From: Chrysomallon squamiferum
Taxonomy: Eukaryota; Animalia; Mollusca
Direction: 5' to 3'
DNA: 64,000 nucleotides
NCBI GenBank assembly: GCA_012295275.1
Contig: CM022665.1
Span: 41,416,001 to 41,480,000 of the forward strand
A model generated the notes under the pieces. That model was not told where the DNA came from, searched no databases, and worked only from the letters and a program-made list of their open reading frames with translations. The translations under genes and the position numbers were made by a program. This document shows, piece by piece, positions 26,281 to 40,647 of this stretch (the first letter of the stretch is position 1; each line of letters starts with the position of its first letter).

Positions 26281-26680
26281 AAGCTGAACCCAGTGATGAC
26301 CCAAAATATCCTTGACCAGAAATACAATTAGAAGAGGATCATGGTGGCTTTCACACACATACTATGTCTTCTGCCTCTGCAGCAGGTTATATTTTTGTTT
26401 TCCTTGATGACATTATGAGTTCCTGTGTTCACCACAGCAGAGGAAACCAGTATGAAGTGCCACACTTAGTATTTGTTAAGAGCAGTTCTTCTGAGATTAT
26501 TTGATCAACAGAATCGTCCAGCAAATACTGCTGCAAGACAGGCACTTTCTTCAAAATGTGTGTGTATGTGTGGGTGTGGGTTTGGGTTTGTGTGTTATGA
26601 TGGCAATATCTTTGTGATAGGAACTAGAATATGTTATATGATTTAAGAGATGAAAATCTTTAAAATAAATAAATAAATAA

Positions 26681-26796
26681 TACTAATACTACAACTACTA
26701 CTAAAACTACTACTACTACTACTATTACTACTACTACTACTACTACTACTATTACTACTACTACTACTACTACTACTATTACTACTACTACTACTA
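26681..26796. repeat. (CTA)n microsatellite
   Basis: Read directly from the sequence. Confidence 0.95.
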
Positions 26797-27467
26797 ATAA
26801 TAACAATTTTAATAATTAAAAATTAATAACTTTTTCTTTAATTATACCCTTCAAGCTTTCTCTTTCTTTCTTTTATTAATTTGTCTGCTCATTCTTTTCA
26901 GATTGATTTTTCATCATTGCTTTTACTTAAAATGGTACATACGAGCTTTAATTTATGAAAAACTCGAAATATTTTAATCTTAAAAATAATTCCATCTTCT
27001 TCAGAATTAATTCTTCCTAATGAAAATTATTTCTGCAGCATATGGCTGTAACATGTATTTATCCATAAGGTTTTTTTTTTTCTTACTGTCTCTCTATTGT
27101 TATTTGATGTATGATAGATTTAGTTGCAAAAATACTTTTACACTTTAAATGTAATCACTGCTGTTAACATGAAGTAAGTACCCATGTCTTACAGCAAGTC
27201 GTAGCTAATTGTTATTGATTTATTGATTGATTTATTGATTCATTCATTCATTCAAGCTGGTAGATGTCATGATTAAGTTTTATAAACAGGTGGAAATTTA
27301 TCTGTCTGACTTTGATCTTTGAGTGTACTAGTTGTTTTTCCTTTGGTTGTGTATTCTCATTTTTTATATTTAAATTGTGCCTCTAGAGTAATAATGATGA
27401 TGATGATGAAGGTGATAAAAAAATAAAAAATATTTTCTTATGAATGCTAACAAAAATTTCATTATTG

Positions 27468-27471
<4 letters not shown>

Positions 27472-27555
<84 letters not shown>
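27472..27555. repeat. (GA)n microsatellite
   Basis: Read directly from the sequence. Confidence 0.97.
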
Positions 27556-27560
<5 letters not shown>

Positions 27561-27587
27561 AAATAAAGCAAGATCTAAAAGAACAAG

Positions 27588-27700
27588 GTTTCTGTTCCAG
27601 TCAAACAATCCATATAAACAGTTTATGAACTGATCTGTATAGAAGTTTATCTGCTGCTAGCTGACCAGAGTAACCCATGGAGTAGTAGCCAGGTTTTGGT
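27588..27700 (+). mobile_element. Decayed SINE-like fragment
   Basis: TTTCTGTTCCAGTC...TGCTGCTAGCTGACCAGAGTAACCCATGGAGTAGTAGCCAGGTTT, matching the 3' half of the core. Confidence 0.5.
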
Positions 27701-28587
27701 TGAATGTTTTTGGGGCATTGTTTTTTTTTCTTTCTTTCTTTCCCTCGTATGTCTCAAAGCTTGATATTAAATTAAATTGAAATACTATTGAATATTAATT
27801 TATTAATTTTATTACTCGCAGTCTGATGGACATATTTAATCTCACATAATCTAGGTAATAATAATGTTAATAGCTGATCCACAAATCATGAATGTGATGA
27901 TATTATTAACCCGTACTTAAGATACTATCTTGTTTACCATGTAATGTACATATAGTTAATCCACATGGAACTCAACTTCATTATTTTCAGATTAAACCCT
28001 GACATCAGGATTTTTTTGTTTTTTTAATTTTATTTTATTACTTTCTTCATGTATAATGGTAATGGCTACATCGAGTGTGTGAATAATAAAAATTAATATT
28101 AGAGAAACCTCTAGAAATGATCTGTGAATGAACCGTTCCTGATTGTTAATTCCACTGATATTAGATTTTATCACAAAGAAAAGTAATTAAGTTTCTTTAA
28201 TATATACACACATGCACATATATGCATACAAAGAAATATGCACACTGTAAACAAAATATTCTGTAGCTGGAAACAAACAGGTCTTGAGAAAGGAATGAAA
28301 TCATAGGAATTATTTATTAACAGTATAATTATTTTCACTGGAGCATCCCAAAAGGCAAAGCATTTGTTTCATATTTCTTTATATTCATCACGGCTTACTG
28401 AAACTGGAATTCTCTTAAGTTAACAGAAATTTAATTTTGCAGGAGACTTCATCCCTGATGATTCCATGTTTCTTGTCTGAACACAAGAGTAATTCTGTTA
28501 ATAATCAACTTAAAATAACCAATTTTTTGTTTTATTAATTTAATAATATTTTTTTAAATTTTATTATCTTTTTCTTGTTGTTGTAAC

Positions 28588-28649
<62 letters not shown>

Positions 28650-29463
28650 GTCCTTGTGTTGTTGGTTTTTTGGGTGTTTTTGTTGCTTTTTCTTTGTTTT
28701 TGTTTTTTCCGCTTTTTTTTTTAAAAGATAAATTATATTACTTCACCTAAAATACTTTGAACAATTCACATTGTGCATGTCCTAATTTTAATGAGGTTTT
28801 ATTCAAGTATTTTAAAAACAAGCATACTGAAGGTTTCTTTCGAGTCTAATAACAAAAAAAAATTACAGCAAGCATTACCTAGGCCTCACTTTTGATATTT
28901 CATTTGAATCTAAACACGACTAGACATAGCTTAGTGAAATAAAACATAATATTTCCTGTAATTTTTACAGCCAGATTTATTTCCTGTAAATTTAATCACT
29001 TTAATTGTCAAGACCAAATACATTACTGTTACTTCTGAGACTGCTCTTAATATTATCATTATTATAATTACCACTATAGCCATCGCAGCTGATACTACTA
29101 ATACTATTAATATTACTAATTTTACTGCTGTAATTATAAATTACAACTAAGATTTTTATCTGTTACTACTACTGCTACTGGAGCAGCTTTAGCCCAAGGG
29201 CCTGATGATTCATAAGATCAGTCCTCAGTACACCAATTAAGCCAGGTCTTGATATAAGTGAGTATTTTTGTACTTGCTCTTCTAGAAGGACACTAATAAT
29301 GTGTTTACATTTTGCATACAAACTGTATCATTTTGAGGCATTAATACAAACTCTTCATATTTTAATTAACTGAAAGCAACACACAAATTTATTATTTTTG
29401 TCTACCATGCAACTTAGAATTTAAGATCAGAAGGTATTATTATTTTTTTTTTTTTTTCCTTTC

Positions 29464-29498
<35 letters not shown>

Positions 29499-30402
29499 AA
29501 ATGTCCAAAATAAAGTGAGTGAGAGAGTGAATGAGTGAAAAAGTATGCAGTCTCTTTTAGGGATATTTCCTGAACCTGATAAATACTTGCCTGGTGGTTT
29601 GGATTGGAAAATGGTCTGAATACTGTGCCAAGCAAAATAGAATGTCTAAAATGGCTCCAATACTCAGCCACTGATCTGTCATGCTGAATGTCCTGTCCAG
29701 ATGTGTAAAGTTTAAATCTGAATGGTTTAAAATCAGCATGTTTAAACTCACAGAAAACAGAATTATATTAAAATGCAATTTTTAAAATTAAAAAGTACAA
29801 TGTGATTGACATGTGTTAAACCATCCAGGCACAGACAGATCTTATCAACAACTGTTATTACTCTATGATCCAAACTCTTTTCATATTTGTTATTAGACCA
29901 GTTTGATTCTCAGAATTTCATTTTTAACTTAATTTAGTCAGAGAAAAGCTGTAAAAGTTTGCTTTGGAAATCCTGACTGTAAACAGTTAATTTGGTCATT
30001 ATAATGTTTGTCCAGGTTAACATTTTTGATGTCAGTTGAGATGGAGAGATTCTCTTGAAATGTCTTCATACAGCCTGGCAGCTCTTTTTAAATTTGATTC
30101 TTACTTTCCAGTAAGACAATTTTATCTTTTCTATTCCATTACCGTGTGCATGTGAATGAGCGTATATTTGTCTGTACGATTATATTAACATAGCAGCTTT
30201 GTCATAATTTTATTTGGTATTTGATTCCAATGAATAATTGATAAGAGTCCAGCTTCTGAATTTAATATGGAAAGAACACTTTGTCTCAAGATGGAATTCT
30301 GCTGGCAAGGATATCAAAGTGCTCCTGTACCACATGGCAAGAGAGACACTACAAGAAAAAAATTAGGTTATTTTAGGAGCAGGTGGCACTTCACTGTAAT
30401 CA

Positions 30403-30500
30403 CTCAGTTATTTCCCATTCTGGCTCGTGTCTCAGAAATAGAATAACAAAGGCACTGGTGTATGCTCTCCTGTGTCTGGGTCAGTGTATATCACAAATAA
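30403..30500 (+). mobile_element. Decayed SINE-like fragment
   Basis: GTTATTTCCCATTCTGGC...AACAAAGGCACTGGTGTATGCTCTCCTGTGTCTGGGTCAGTGTATAT. Confidence 0.6.
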
Positions 30501-31160
30501 TAATTTATAAGAAGTTCTGAAGTGTGAGTCTTTTACTCAGAATCATTACCATACCAATACCATTTTTACCATCTAATGCTAGTCAGATATGTTGGGACAT
30601 TATGCAGCAAATATTCATTTATGCTTTCATAATTTTAGAAAACAGAAAAAATAAACAATGTGATTATCATAAAAAAATAATATCACATTATTATGTCTTT
30701 TTTTTCTTCTCAAAATTACATTAACAAGAATTAGTACCTATTGTTGCTGTTTTTGTTTTGTTGTTATTGTTATTTAATTATTATTTAATTGTTTCTTTTT
30801 GCCAATTTTACAGAAACTTCTTTTTCTTAAACACATGTACTTAAGCAATGTAAATACCTGTCGTTACATACATGTTAGATCAAAACCAGTTTCATAAACA
30901 TTGTTCTATATGTGTGACACTTAATAAGACTAAAGTTGAAAGATATTAAATATTAAGTAAATATTATTTATTCCATTCATTTTGTTTGGAAAAATAACAA
31001 ATTATAATGCATGTCCTATTTACAGCATAATGGTTGATCTTTGATAGGGGAGATTATCTGTTATGTTTGTAATGATAACTAAAACTCAGTCTGTTGAGAT
31101 CATTGTGTATTATGAATAATAACTTTGGGGTTTCAGTTGTATTGCTTTAATAAATATTAA

Positions 31161-31174
31161 TCTTTCAGGTAAGA
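31161..31174 (+). promoter_or_regulatory. Candidate recursive splice site (adjacent 3' and 5' splice sites)
   Basis: TCTTTCAG|GTAAGA on the CPSF2 sense strand inside the giant intron. Confidence 0.4.
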
Positions 31175-32039
31175 CAGCTCTGTGGGTTTTTTTTTTATGA
31201 GAAATGGATATTTATTTCAGGAAGGGGATCGGTTCTTTTAAAAGCAGTTTTTAGTTCTAGAGATGAATCTATGTCCACTGAATGGTTAGGGTAGTAATTC
31301 GATGATGTCCATTGATTATACAGCCATTATTGTTAACCTGTGAATGACAGTCAGTCATTTATAGCAGTTATTAGTGTTAGAAATCTTTCATTTAGATCAG
31401 ACATGTCAGTTGTTAAGTATATGGTGTAAAATAACAGGGGTTTTTGCAGTGCAGAGACTAGTTATAGCAGTATCATTCGGACCAAGAACTGATCTTGTCA
31501 CAAGAAGCACACAAATATACACAGACACACACAAATACACACACACACACATACACACACACACACACTCAAGCATTCCAGATAGAAATCCTGATATACA
31601 TATGACTAGTTTTATTATTTTTCCCCATTTTTTTTCTTCATATTTTAAAACATTTTCTGATAACTGCATGGATACGTAATTCCTACATATTTATTTTTTC
31701 AAATGGCCTTCAAGAAGTGATTTTTATATTTTTTTTTTTTTGCTCCTTCCACTAAATGGAATTTCTTCATTTATTTATAACTCAGCATGCGAGAATGTGG
31801 CACCTGCTGGTTGACAAGCGACAGCAGTAAGCAGCAGGACATGTCAGTGATTGCCTGACGACATTTACAGAGGTGTACACCTAGATGTCTTTCTCACTGG
31901 TTTCCTCCAACTCCCCATGCAGTGACAGTATGTGCTTTGAGGTGTTTATTTCCAAAAATCATTGATTTACTTCCATGCCAGCCCTTTTGTAGTTGTAGTT
32001 GTCTGATTTCTTCAACACATTATCTGGTTTGAAGTCTTG

Positions 32040-32400
32040 AGTCCCTTGATAAATGATTGTATTTTTTTTTTTTTTTTTTTGTGGGGAGGGGGGTTGACAA
32101 AATAGTCTGTTATTGTGTAACAGTTGATTATAATGTTCAGTTTCAAAGTTACCTGGTAAATGATATTTAGATATTTTGGGTTTGACAAAATAATGTTTTG
32201 TTGCTGTCTTTTACAAATGATTATAATGCTTGGTTTCAGAGTCACCTGATAAATGATTTTAGGTGGGGTTTTTTTTTGGTTTGATGAAATAATGTTTTAT
32301 GGCTTTACAAATTGAATATAATGTTTGGTTTTCAAGTTACCTGATAAATGATTTTGGTATATTCAGTTTCTAAATAATGTTTTTTGACGAAATAAATTTG
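32040..32400. repeat. Degenerate tandem array, ~95-bp unit, about 4 copies
   Basis: Recurrent GT(T/C)ACCTG(A/G)TAAATGAT...TTGACAAAATAATGTTTT...GATTATAATG. Confidence 0.75.
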
Positions 32401-33546
32401 TTTTAAAACAATTATAAATATATATAAATTGATAAAAAATTTTAAAGTTTTAAATTGGATGGTAAATGATATTTTTTTTGATTTGTAAACAATCAGGTTT
32501 GCTGGAAAAATAACATTATTTATAATTTAAATATTAGAATTAATTTTGTCAACAAAAACCGAACCCACATTGAATTATTTACTGACACTAATTAAAGTTA
32601 AATATCAGTATTAATGACTGAGAAATAAAAGAAAATAATCATTTGATTTTTAAGTTAAAAGGAAACAAAAAATATTAAAAATAGAAAAATAAATTTAATA
32701 AATAATAAAATAAATAAATTAATAAATAATAAAAAAAGAACCCCTTTATTGATCTTTCTTGTAGTTAAATACATGATAATTATGTTGTGTTAATTTTAAC
32801 CTTTCACAACAGACAAAAACTAAAACGACAAATCCCGCGAATTTGTTCTCAAATTAAATACATGCACCAATCAGCAATGACCATCTATATGTAAATTGTT
32901 TGAATCGTGTAGCTAGTTAATAACTAACTAACTAACTAGATAAATAAAAATATACAGAAAAATAAAAAAGCTACTTTACTCAAATTACTGTTGATAGTGA
33001 AGTTTAATAGTGAGTTGGCGCCATCAAAGGATTGACAAAAATGTAACAAAAATTTGCCGTAGGCAGACAACTATATGCTTATGATCTTTTAATGTATGTT
33101 GTTTATTTAATATTTGCCATCTTAGTCTGAGAGACAAATACTGTCCTTTTTTTTTATTAAAAGAAAGAAAAAAAAATGTTTTCAACAATCAACTCTAATT
33201 TTTGTCATATTTCAGTGTTATATCTTGTGTTGTATGTTAATAAATTGCTGAAGAAACCATTTTTTTGCATGAATGGTTTGGTGAACTGAAGCATTCTAGA
33301 TGCTTGTGAAGAATTATTGACCAATTTCTTTTTTTTTTTTTTGTTTTTTTTTTTATGACAACATTAATAGTGAAAAATAAAATGGAAGAAAGAAGACAAA
33401 AATGACAAAAAAACAAAACAAGTTAAACAAAAAATCTAAACAAAGAAGAAAGAAAGAAAGAAAATATATATATAAAAGAATAAAGGTATACTTTACGTAA
33501 ACAAATCATGTTATTTTCTGAAATGTTCCTGTAAAATGCACTTATC

Positions 33547-33584
<38 letters not shown>

Positions 33585-35445
33585 CAAATATAATCTTAGT
33601 ATTTCCTGATGTATGCACTTAATAAATATTTATCTGAAAAAACTAATTATTGTTCTTAGGAAATCTTTAGCAAGGAAAATAAAATAAAAATATAACAGCA
33701 AAATATATATATATATAAAATAGGAAAGTGGAGATACAATATCTTCATATTGTAAATTATAAAAATGGTATAGAACATAAATTTCAACAAAATCTTCAAT
33801 CATAACCATCATCATGGATAATAATATACACATAATACCAATACCAGTATCTATATTTTTGTTTGTTGAAAACAAATGATACATTTAATATCCTGAATTA
33901 TTCAGTTTTACAAAAATAATTCCAAAATGTATCCATTCATAATTATTACCATGGATAATACTGAGTATAACACCATGTTTCTCTTTGTCAAAAAACGATT
34001 ATAATGTTAATGTTCTGAATTTTTCATTTATCTTATTTATTTATTTATTTTTAGTTAAAAATAAATTTAAGAATTTATCATTATGAAGACATTTTTAAAA
34101 ACCAAAATGAATACTGAATTTTTCATCATTATCTTATTTATTTGTTTATTTTTGGTTAAAAAAAATAAATTTAAGAAATGTATCATTTTTAAAAACCAAA
34201 ATATTTGAAATTTTTATTTATAACATTTGTTTATAACATGCATTGACATTACAAGTTTATCTATGTAATAAATAAAATCAGTGTGATACAATATAGAGCA
34301 CAGTGACTTTACATATTGTTCTCTGCCAGTGAGTAAAATTCATCACTATTTATCTGTTAAGACCGCAGATTGATGGTTTGGCTGAAGTTACCAGTCAGAC
34401 TAAGAGTTAATTTTCGGTTTTATGTGACACAAAATGGAAATGAAATGTAACAGACATCATTTGTTTTTTTTTCTTTTCCATGTTGGCATTTGTATTGCGC
34501 AGCTTAGTCGTTCGTTTTTTGTTTTAATTTCTTTAAAAAACGGAACCAGAAAAAAATATATAAAAATAAAATATTTAATTTAAATTTTTAATTTTTTTTT
34601 AAATTAATTTAAGGATTATTGTAATTTTAATCCTTTTAAAGCTTTTCAGCTGACATGAGCTAGCCAGAATGAATACAGGGGTGGTATTATGGGTTCCTGG
34701 GATAACAACAGCAACAACAACAACAACAACAACAATTACAATACAAAATAAAAATCTTTATGAACATCACATCACTGGCTGAACAGACATTTGTACTAAA
34801 GATGGTGACAGACACATTTTGTTCAAACACATGTAATAATTCATGTTGGATATAATTATTAGTACATTTTTTTTTATTGTAATTGTCCAAATTTTGTCAT
34901 TGCAAAAATGGGTTGAAATTTGTCGTTATGTTTTGAGATTGTTTTTCTTCTGTTGTTTCCTTGAAAAGAAAAACAAAAATATCTATATTTGCCTATCAAT
35001 CTGTCTGTATGTCTGTCTGTCTGTCTGTCCATCTATCTCCTGTCTATATATCTGTCAATCTTTATTTATCAGAATCTTTCTATCTATCTATCTATCAATT
35101 ATCTACTATCTGTATATCTTTCCATCTCTTCTTTGTCTATCTAGAGGAAGAAAACAAATGTATAATTGTGTCCTACTGCTTACTGTTCACAGTTTTAGTA
35201 TATGATTATAGTTTTTAATGCTGATTGTCCTGCTAGGTTAAGATGTTCCTACTGCCAAATTGATCATTATGGTTTGCAATCATTGCTGTTCTGTATTTGA
35301 ATGAACCTATTACAATTCTTAATTTAGCAAACTGATCATGACTTTTTTCTATTTGAGCATGAACTGCCATTTATGCTGTCTGTATATTTTTATTTTTCTG
35401 ATTTATCTTCTTTTCTCTTTGTTTCTCACTTTACCTAGGTGTCTG

Positions 35446-35549
<104 letters not shown>

Positions 35550-36171
35550 CTCTTAGTATAATCTTTCTCTTTTAGAGTTTATAAACTTGATGACACTTGA
35601 AACTGTGGTAGTCCCTGATGAACATCCACCTATCAGTAATTTTGTTTTGATTATTTCTCCCTGCAGCATTGTCATCACCTTTTCACCCTCATCGCTCCAA
35701 AATTTGTCATAGATATTCCCCGAGAGAAAAGAGAAACAATTAAGTCTAATTAAAGAATTATTTATTGATTTTTGGTTGTCGAAAAATAGTCTTTTATTAC
35801 ACCCAAAAAATGAAGCATGTTTTTTTGTTTATTTTTTTTTGGTCAGATATGTTATTTTTATTTGTATTTGTATTTTTTTTCCTTTTTTAAGAAAAAAATG
35901 AAATAACATTTTTCATCTCACCTGACAATGTTTTGTGGGGAGTTTTCTTTAATTTTTAATTAATTTAATTTTTTCTAATTTCTAAATACTAAACTAATTT
36001 TTTTTTCAGAAGATCTTAAATGTTTACAATATAAAAGAACTACTTAATTGAGTTTTTGAAGGATTTGATAGCACAAAATCAACTGTATAATTATTTTTTA
36101 ATTTTGTTTATCAATACCGTGACAGTATTAAATATTGCTGTTTTTATTTAGGTCACATAATTTGTACTGAA

Positions 36172-36229
<58 letters not shown>

Positions 36230-36239
36230 GTGCATTCTT

Positions 36240-36350
36240 TCTAGTTAGAGGGTTCTTTTCATATGCACTTAACCACAGATTGGAAATTCAATATTAAATT
36301 ATATAGTAAAGTATGTGTTGGAATAGGAAATAGCTTGGTGGCCAGTGTGT
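36240..36350 (-). mobile_element. Decayed SINE-like fragment
   Basis: Reverse strand reads AGCTATTTCCTATTCCAAC...TCTGTGGTTAAGTGCATATGAAAAGAACCCTCTAACTAG. Confidence 0.55.
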
Positions 36351-38433
36351 CTACCCAACCAGAGACAGAAGTAAAATATTTAAGAGAACAGTCATTAATT
36401 GTTGTTGTTATTCCCTTCCCCAGCTATTAGGTTTTTTTTAACTTTAAAGGACTTTTTTTTTTTAAACTTGATATTGTTTTGTGTTCTGGAAAAAGAAGCA
36501 TAAGAAAAAATAAAGGAAAAATGTTTTATATGGGATAGTTAAAAAAAGAAAATGGAAAACTTTTCAATTTTCAGACAAATTTATTATTATTATTATTATT
36601 ATTGTTATTATTAATAATTTTTTGTATTATTATTATTTTTAATATTTAATTTTTTTAAATTAAATAAAATAAAATTTAAAAAAAATCCTGAGAAATAGCG
36701 AAAATGCATCTAGTGACGTTATTGATCGTTTTTAAAAATAGGCTCAGACTTTGTAGGGTATTTTCTTATTCAGCTACACTGTTTTACAGAGTCTGATATC
36801 AAAGTCCACTATAAAGACATTTTGTATTCCTTTCTGTCTATCTCTTTTTTTTCCTCTCTATTTCTCTTTTTCCTCTCTTTTTTCTTTCAATCCTTTTTTT
36901 CATCAAGTTCTATGAAAAAGATCACTTGCTGCCATGTTGAGACTAATTAGCATCAGCTGATATTTCCTTGGACATGCATTGCAGTAGTAATAATAGATGA
37001 GACACAAATAATCACTTATTTAAGAAACAATTGTTTTCTGAGGCGTCTTTAACAGAGAAAAGATTAAAAAAAAAAAAGAAATGTGTGATTGTTACTGGTT
37101 GAAAGATTTGTTCTTTTTAATTTAATTTAAAAAAAAAAAAAACCTCTTACAGTGCTAGTTTTAGTTTCATTCATTCATGAGTTTATTTTGTTTTGTTTCG
37201 ATTTATTTATTTTGTTTTATTTTATTTTATTTTATTTAAATACAACATATTCATCTCATAAGCAGATATGATGACATCATGAACAGATATGATATCATTA
37301 TCTTAAAACTATTGTAATGAAATAATTTCACAAAAGAAAAGAACAGAAACAAAAACTTGATTTTTTAATTATCTGTTTGCATTAAGCACTTACTTGTAAT
37401 TTAAATGTTTCAAAGATCAGTGTTTATGTAATCACAAACCAGTGGTAATATTTCCAAATGTTAATATTTCAGTTGTCAAAAATATTTACAAAGTATAGCC
37501 ATAATAATTTATTTGTAATAGAAATCCACCATATTTATGGCATAATAATGAGCACTAAACAGTTACTTGTTTAGATTTAAATGCATCAAAGATTTAAGAT
37601 TTGGTTTGCAAATGATTAAGAACAGTAGTACTTAGAATTCTTCTACAGTTTACTGTTTTTATCATTGGTACTCATAAGCAATGTTATCTTACTGATTAAT
37701 ATATTTTAATTTGTTATATTTTTTGCATATTGATATTAATTAGTTGATACAAATTTATATTTCACTTTTCACTTCTTGCATTAAATGATATACTGATTTA
37801 TTTTTAAGAAAGAATCATTTGTATTTATTTTTATTTATTTATTTTTTAATCTATATTTTTCTTAATTTCTGGGGTTTTTTTTTAATTTTTAATTTTTAAT
37901 TTATTGGTTTTTTTTTTTAACTATCTTCAAGCAATTGTATTTTGTTCATCATCTATAATTCAGAACATACAAGTGCATATGTGGCCAATAAGTGATGGAT
38001 ACCTGGAGCACAAACTTCATTATTAATGTTGATGAATTCAGACTTACGAGCAAAATGGATGTGTTTATAAATAATGAAAGCAGTGGCTAATGATTTTCAT
38101 GTGTTAGCCAGATTACCCTTATCTTTCAATTACAGTTGGCTGATTGAATTTTGAGCACTCTAATTGTTGGTGCTGGTTTGGGCTTGCTACAGAAGCATGT
38201 AATTTTATATAACATATTGCTGCTCTTCTTTGAAATTGTGTTTGTGTTCCCGATCAGTCTCTTCCTGATGTATGTTTACTTTTAACATTGACACGAGAGG
38301 GTTTGTGTAAACCGAAGAGGTTTAATTCACCTAGCTTTTGTATTACAGTCTTTGTTTCCTTTATATTTTACAAACACGAATACTTGATTCAACCAGTGTC
38401 CAAGCTGGATGAATTCTGAATTTTTTACCATCT

Positions 38434-38500
<67 letters not shown>

Positions 38501-38539
38501 TCTGTCTGTCTGTCTGTCTGTCTATCTTCTGTCTGTCTG
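38434..38539. repeat. (TCTG)n microsatellite
   Basis: Read directly from the sequence. Confidence 0.95.
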
Positions 38540-39499
38540 TTATCTGCCTATCGTCATATATTTGTCTTTAAAACACTATATGCATGATGCTTTCATGTAC
38601 ACTGAAACTATTTTTTATTTTTTCTCAAATTCAAACTGGTATTACAACTACATAACAAAATAGTAGGATCATCAGACATGGTCAGTAACATATTTACTTG
38701 AAGCACATCTCGTTGCCGTCACTGTTATTACTTTCTTTCTTTAATGTCGCATTCTCAATTTCACTCAGTATATTAAACCTGTGTTTGTTAATCTGATGTG
38801 TTTCAGATGGTAAACATTTTCCATTTATATTAAGGTATCAGACATGTAATGAATACCTTGAAGGTAAATCATTAATGTCTACATAATGGCGTCTCACTGT
38901 GTATGCATATGTGTGTGCTTGCATGCGTGCGTGCATGTGTGTGTGTGTATATGTGTACACAGGTAGATATATAAATATAAATAATTACTTAGCTAACTGT
39001 CATAAGCTGATTACTTTGAATTAGCATATGAAAAGTTAAGGTAATGAGTACTATTTATTTATTTCAGAAAAATAGCATACTGGAAACAATCTGCTGAACA
39101 TTGTTTTTTTACAGAAATTTTTTTTTTTTTTTTTAATTAATTAATTTTTGTTTATTTAATTCTTTAAAAAATAATAATAATAATAATAATAACAATAACA
39201 TCAACACACGCACACAGACACAGACATTTTGCATCAAGTAATGGATATATGATAGACATGTGCTTAATGTGTTGTTGATGACAGAGATTTTGGTGCTGTG
39301 ATGAGTTCACAGTGTGTCTCCCAAGACAAGTAAGTACTGTGACATATATTGTGCTTCATCTACACCTCTTCTGGCTGATCAAATTACTGCCAGATTAGCT
39401 CCTGCTCATCTCATTATCACATGTCACAGGCATAATCTTCTATGGCTTGGTAAGCAATGCACACACACCATCCATGGAGATGAATGTTTTTACAAATTA

Positions 39500-39900
39500 A
39501 TGTTGAATATGGAACGGTCATGCTACAGTAAGTTTTAACTTAGTTAAGGGTTGGTGTTTTTTCCCCTTCTTTTTTTTTTTTTTTTTTTTTTTTAAATGTG
39601 GTGGGTGGTGGAGTAAAATTGCAGCTGGATTGGTTGTGCAGTATAAATTTTAAGTTAGTTAAAGGATTTTTTTTTTCCTTCTTTTTTTTTCATTTTTTTT
39701 TTTTTTTTTATCTTTTTTTTTTTTTTTTTTTTAAATGTTAAGGGTTTTGGGAATTGTATTATACTTGAAATGGTTGTGCAATAATAAGAATTAACTTAGT
39801 TTAAATTTTAAAAAATTTACGATTTTTTTAAAGTGAAGGGTGCTGGTAATTTTTTGGCTGAACATAAAATGGACATGTAATAATAAGTACAAACTTAGTT

Positions 39901-39937
<37 letters not shown>

Positions 39938-40160
39938 GTGAAGTGTATTGGGAATTTTATTGAGCCTGAAATAGTCATGCAGTAATAAGAATTAAGTTTT
40001 TTCTTTATTTTTTTCATTCTTTTTCTTTTTTTCTTTCTTAATTTTAAGTGCATTAAGAGTTAAAAATGGTCTTGCAACAATAAACTTAATTAAGATTTTT
40101 AAATTTTGTTTTAGTATGATGTATGTTGGGAATTATATTAACTTAGTTAAGGTTTCTTTT
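39500..40160. repeat. Degenerate tandem array, ~70-bp core separated by variable T-tracts, about 6 copies
   Basis: Recurrent AATGTGAAGGGT...GGGAATT...GAAATGGT(C/T)(A/G)TGCA.TAATAAGAATTAACTTAGTTAA. Confidence 0.75.
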
Positions 40161-40254
40161 TTTTTCCCCAGCTTTTCCCCTTAATTTTAAATACATTATG
40201 AATCATATTGCACTTAGATTTTCTGAGAGTTTACAGTGACTGTACCTCAATGGT

Positions 40255-40470
40255 TAAAAACCCTATTTCAGTTTTTTCTTTTCAGCCTTACAACTACTGT
40301 GTCAAAAATTATGGTTTCCTGTTCAAGGGAAGGTGCATAATGAACATACCAAATTGCTGATAACTAAGATTAGTTCATTGGTCTGGCAGCTGTAGGCCTA
40401 CTTTTGCTGGTCATTAATTAAAATAAATAAAGCATAATAACTCATTAACTGTTAGTATTAAAATATATAA
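40255..40470 (+). mobile_element. Decayed SINE-like copy
   Basis: CCCTATTTCAG...TTCAGCC...TTTCCTGTTCAAGGGAAGGTGCATAATGAA...TTGCTGATAA. Confidence 0.6.
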
Positions 40471-40613
40471 TCAAAGATTTCAATATGGAATATTCTTCAT
40501 CTTAAATAATTACCTGCATATTACTTTATTTATATTTATGTTTCAAGATATTTATTTTCATAGTGCCTTTTAACTGTCATTTATTCTACAATATTTAATA
40601 AATAATTATTATC

Positions 40614-40647
<34 letters not shown>

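Noticed and set aside
31095-31107. 13-nt match TGAGATCATTGTG to the 5' end of bantam miRNA
   Set aside because: The 3' half diverges (TATTATG), and I see only about 8 bp of upstream complementarity, not a pre-miRNA hairpin.
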